Part shown: positions 23,024 through 24,000 of the stretch, one piece after another
Position numbering within the stretch: position 1 is the stretch's first letter
Layout: every line of letters starts with the position of its first letter
Made by a program: the position numbers and the translations under genes
Source of the DNA: Shumkonia mesophila
Lineage (GTDB): Bacteria > Pseudomonadota > Alphaproteobacteria > Rhodospirillales > Shumkoniaceae
DNA: 24,000 bases
Assembly: GCF_026163695.1 (NCBI RefSeq)
Contig: NZ_JAOTID010000008.1
Coordinates: forward strand, 27,217-51,216
Direction: 5' to 3'
The notes under the pieces: model-generated
The model's database searches: none
What the model was told of the DNA's origin: nothing
The model's input: only the letters and a program-made list of their open reading frames with translations

Positions 23024-24000
23024 ATGGACCCCTACATCGCCGTCCTCACCGGCTTCGGCCTGGTTGTGCTGCTGACCGCCTGGCTGCCGATGGTGCTGCG
23101 CGAACTGCCGCTGTCGCTGCCCATCGCCTGCCTCGCCATCGGCGCCGCCGTGTTCGCGCTGCCCGGCGTGCCCGGCGTGCCCGACACTCCGCCGCGCCCG
23201 GCCGACCACCTGGAGATCACCGAACGGGCCACCGAGATGGTCGTCATCGTCGCCCTGATGGGGGCCGGGCTCAAGCTCGACCGCGCGCTGGGATGGAAAT
23301 CGGCGGCGCTGACCTGGCGGCTGCTGGCGCTCGCCATGCCGCTCACCATCCTGGCCCTGGCGCTCCTCGCCCACGCAACCCTGGGAGTCGACCTTGCCGC
23401 GGCGCTGCTGCTGGCGGCCGCCCTGGCGCCGACCGACCCGGTGCTGGCCAGCGACGTGCAGGTCGGTCCGCCGCACGAAGGCGAGGAGGACAAGGTGCGC
23501 TATGCGCTGACCTCGGAAGCCGGGCTCAACGACGGGCTGGCCTTTCCCTTCGTCAACCTGGCCCTGGCGTTGGCCATCGCCGCCGACACCGGCGAGCCGT
23601 GGCTGGCCGACTGGCTCCTGGTCGACGTTGCGTGGAAGCTGGCCTCCGGGCTGGTGGTCGGCGTGCTGATCGGGCGCGGGCTCGGCTGGCTGACCTTCAG
23701 GCTGCCCGACCGGGCCCGGCTTTCCAGCACCGGGGACGGCTTCGTCGCGCTCGGCATCACCGCCGTCGCCTATGGGCTCACCGAGGCCATCCACGGCTAT
23801 GGCTTCATCGCCGTCTTCGTCGCCGCCGTCGCCTTCCGGGCGGTGGAGCGCCGCCACCGCTATCACGCCACGCTGCACGACTTCATCGAACAACTGGAGC
23901 GCCTGCTGATGATGGCGCTGCTGGTGCTGCTGGGCGGCGCCGTGTCGGCGGGCGGGCTGCTCACCGCGCTGGACTGGCGGGTGTGGCTGTTCGCGCTGGC
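23024..24000 (+). CDS. Cation:proton antiporter (CPA1/NhaP-like), N-terminal part (runs off the window end)
   Basis: Not in the ORF track because no stop lies inside the window. Hand translation from ATG 23024 gives MDPYIAVLTGFGLVVLLTAWLPMVLRELPLSLPIACLAIG...ALAPTDPVLASDVQVG...YALTSEAGLNDGLAFPFVNLAL. The APTDPV and SE.GLNDG.AFPF blocks are typical of Na+/H+ exchanger family proteins. Confidence 0.88.
   Translation, partial: MDPYIAVLTGFGLVVLLTAWLPMVLRELPLSLPIACLAIGAAVFALPGVPGVPDTPPRPADHLEITERATEMVVIVALMGAGLKLDRALGWKSAALTWRLLALAMPLTILALALLAHATLGVDLAAALLLAAALAPTDPVLASDVQVGPPHEGEEDKVRYALTSEAGLNDGLAFPFVNLALALAIAADTGEPWLADWLLVDVAWKLASGLVVGVLIGRGLGWLTFRLPDRARLSSTGDGFVALGITAVAYGLTEAIHGYGFIAVFVAAVAFRAVERRHRYHATLHDFIEQLERLLMMALLVLLGGAVSAGGLLTALDWRVWLFAL

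Noticed and set aside
22943-23893. 316-aa minus-strand ORF antisense to the antiporter gene.
   Set aside because: Its Gly/Arg/Asp/Gln-rich translation is repetitive nonsense. The plus-strand frame gives a clean CPA1-type membrane protein.

Overview
High-GC chromosomal segment (spot count 39 G+C of 60 nt at 13201-13260). Gene content and order look like an alphaproteobacterial core region; this is inferred from recognisable protein families, and no database search was possible. About 30 CDS are supported. They are gatC-gatA (partial), an SDR oxidoreductase, a secreted double-SH3b protein, ruvX, an AEC transporter, a GT2 glycosyltransferase plus MOP flippase pair, pyrB with an apparently inactive pyrC', plsY, a DUF1476/zeta-like protein, an NRDE protein, purC-purS-purQ-purL-bolA-grxD, rpsD, an HNH endonuclease, a carboxylesterase, cbpA-cbpM, a stand-alone higA-like gene and a partial cation:proton antiporter. 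No rRNA, tRNA, CRISPR array or intact mobile element was found. Many long ORFs in the supplied track are GC-driven shadow frames and are rejected. The only clearly accessory stretch is a roughly 1.7 kb low-GC mosaic islet at about 21.13-22.80 kb, next to higA. It holds an 83-aa ORF that changes composition mid-gene and overlaps higA antisense. It also holds a 5-6 TM membrane ORF whose 3' end drops to about 30% GC, and a 49-aa very basic protein absent from the ORF track that has its own promoter, SD and hairpin. Possible decayed integrase arm-domain remnants are also present. This islet is my best candidate for something undescribed, but its function is purely inferential. Other points of note are a perfect 40-bp palindrome between plsY and the DUF1476 gene and two REP-like nested-hairpin elements. 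There are also likely leaderless pyrB and NRDE transcripts, and a small promoter-equipped ORF between rpsD and the HNH gene.
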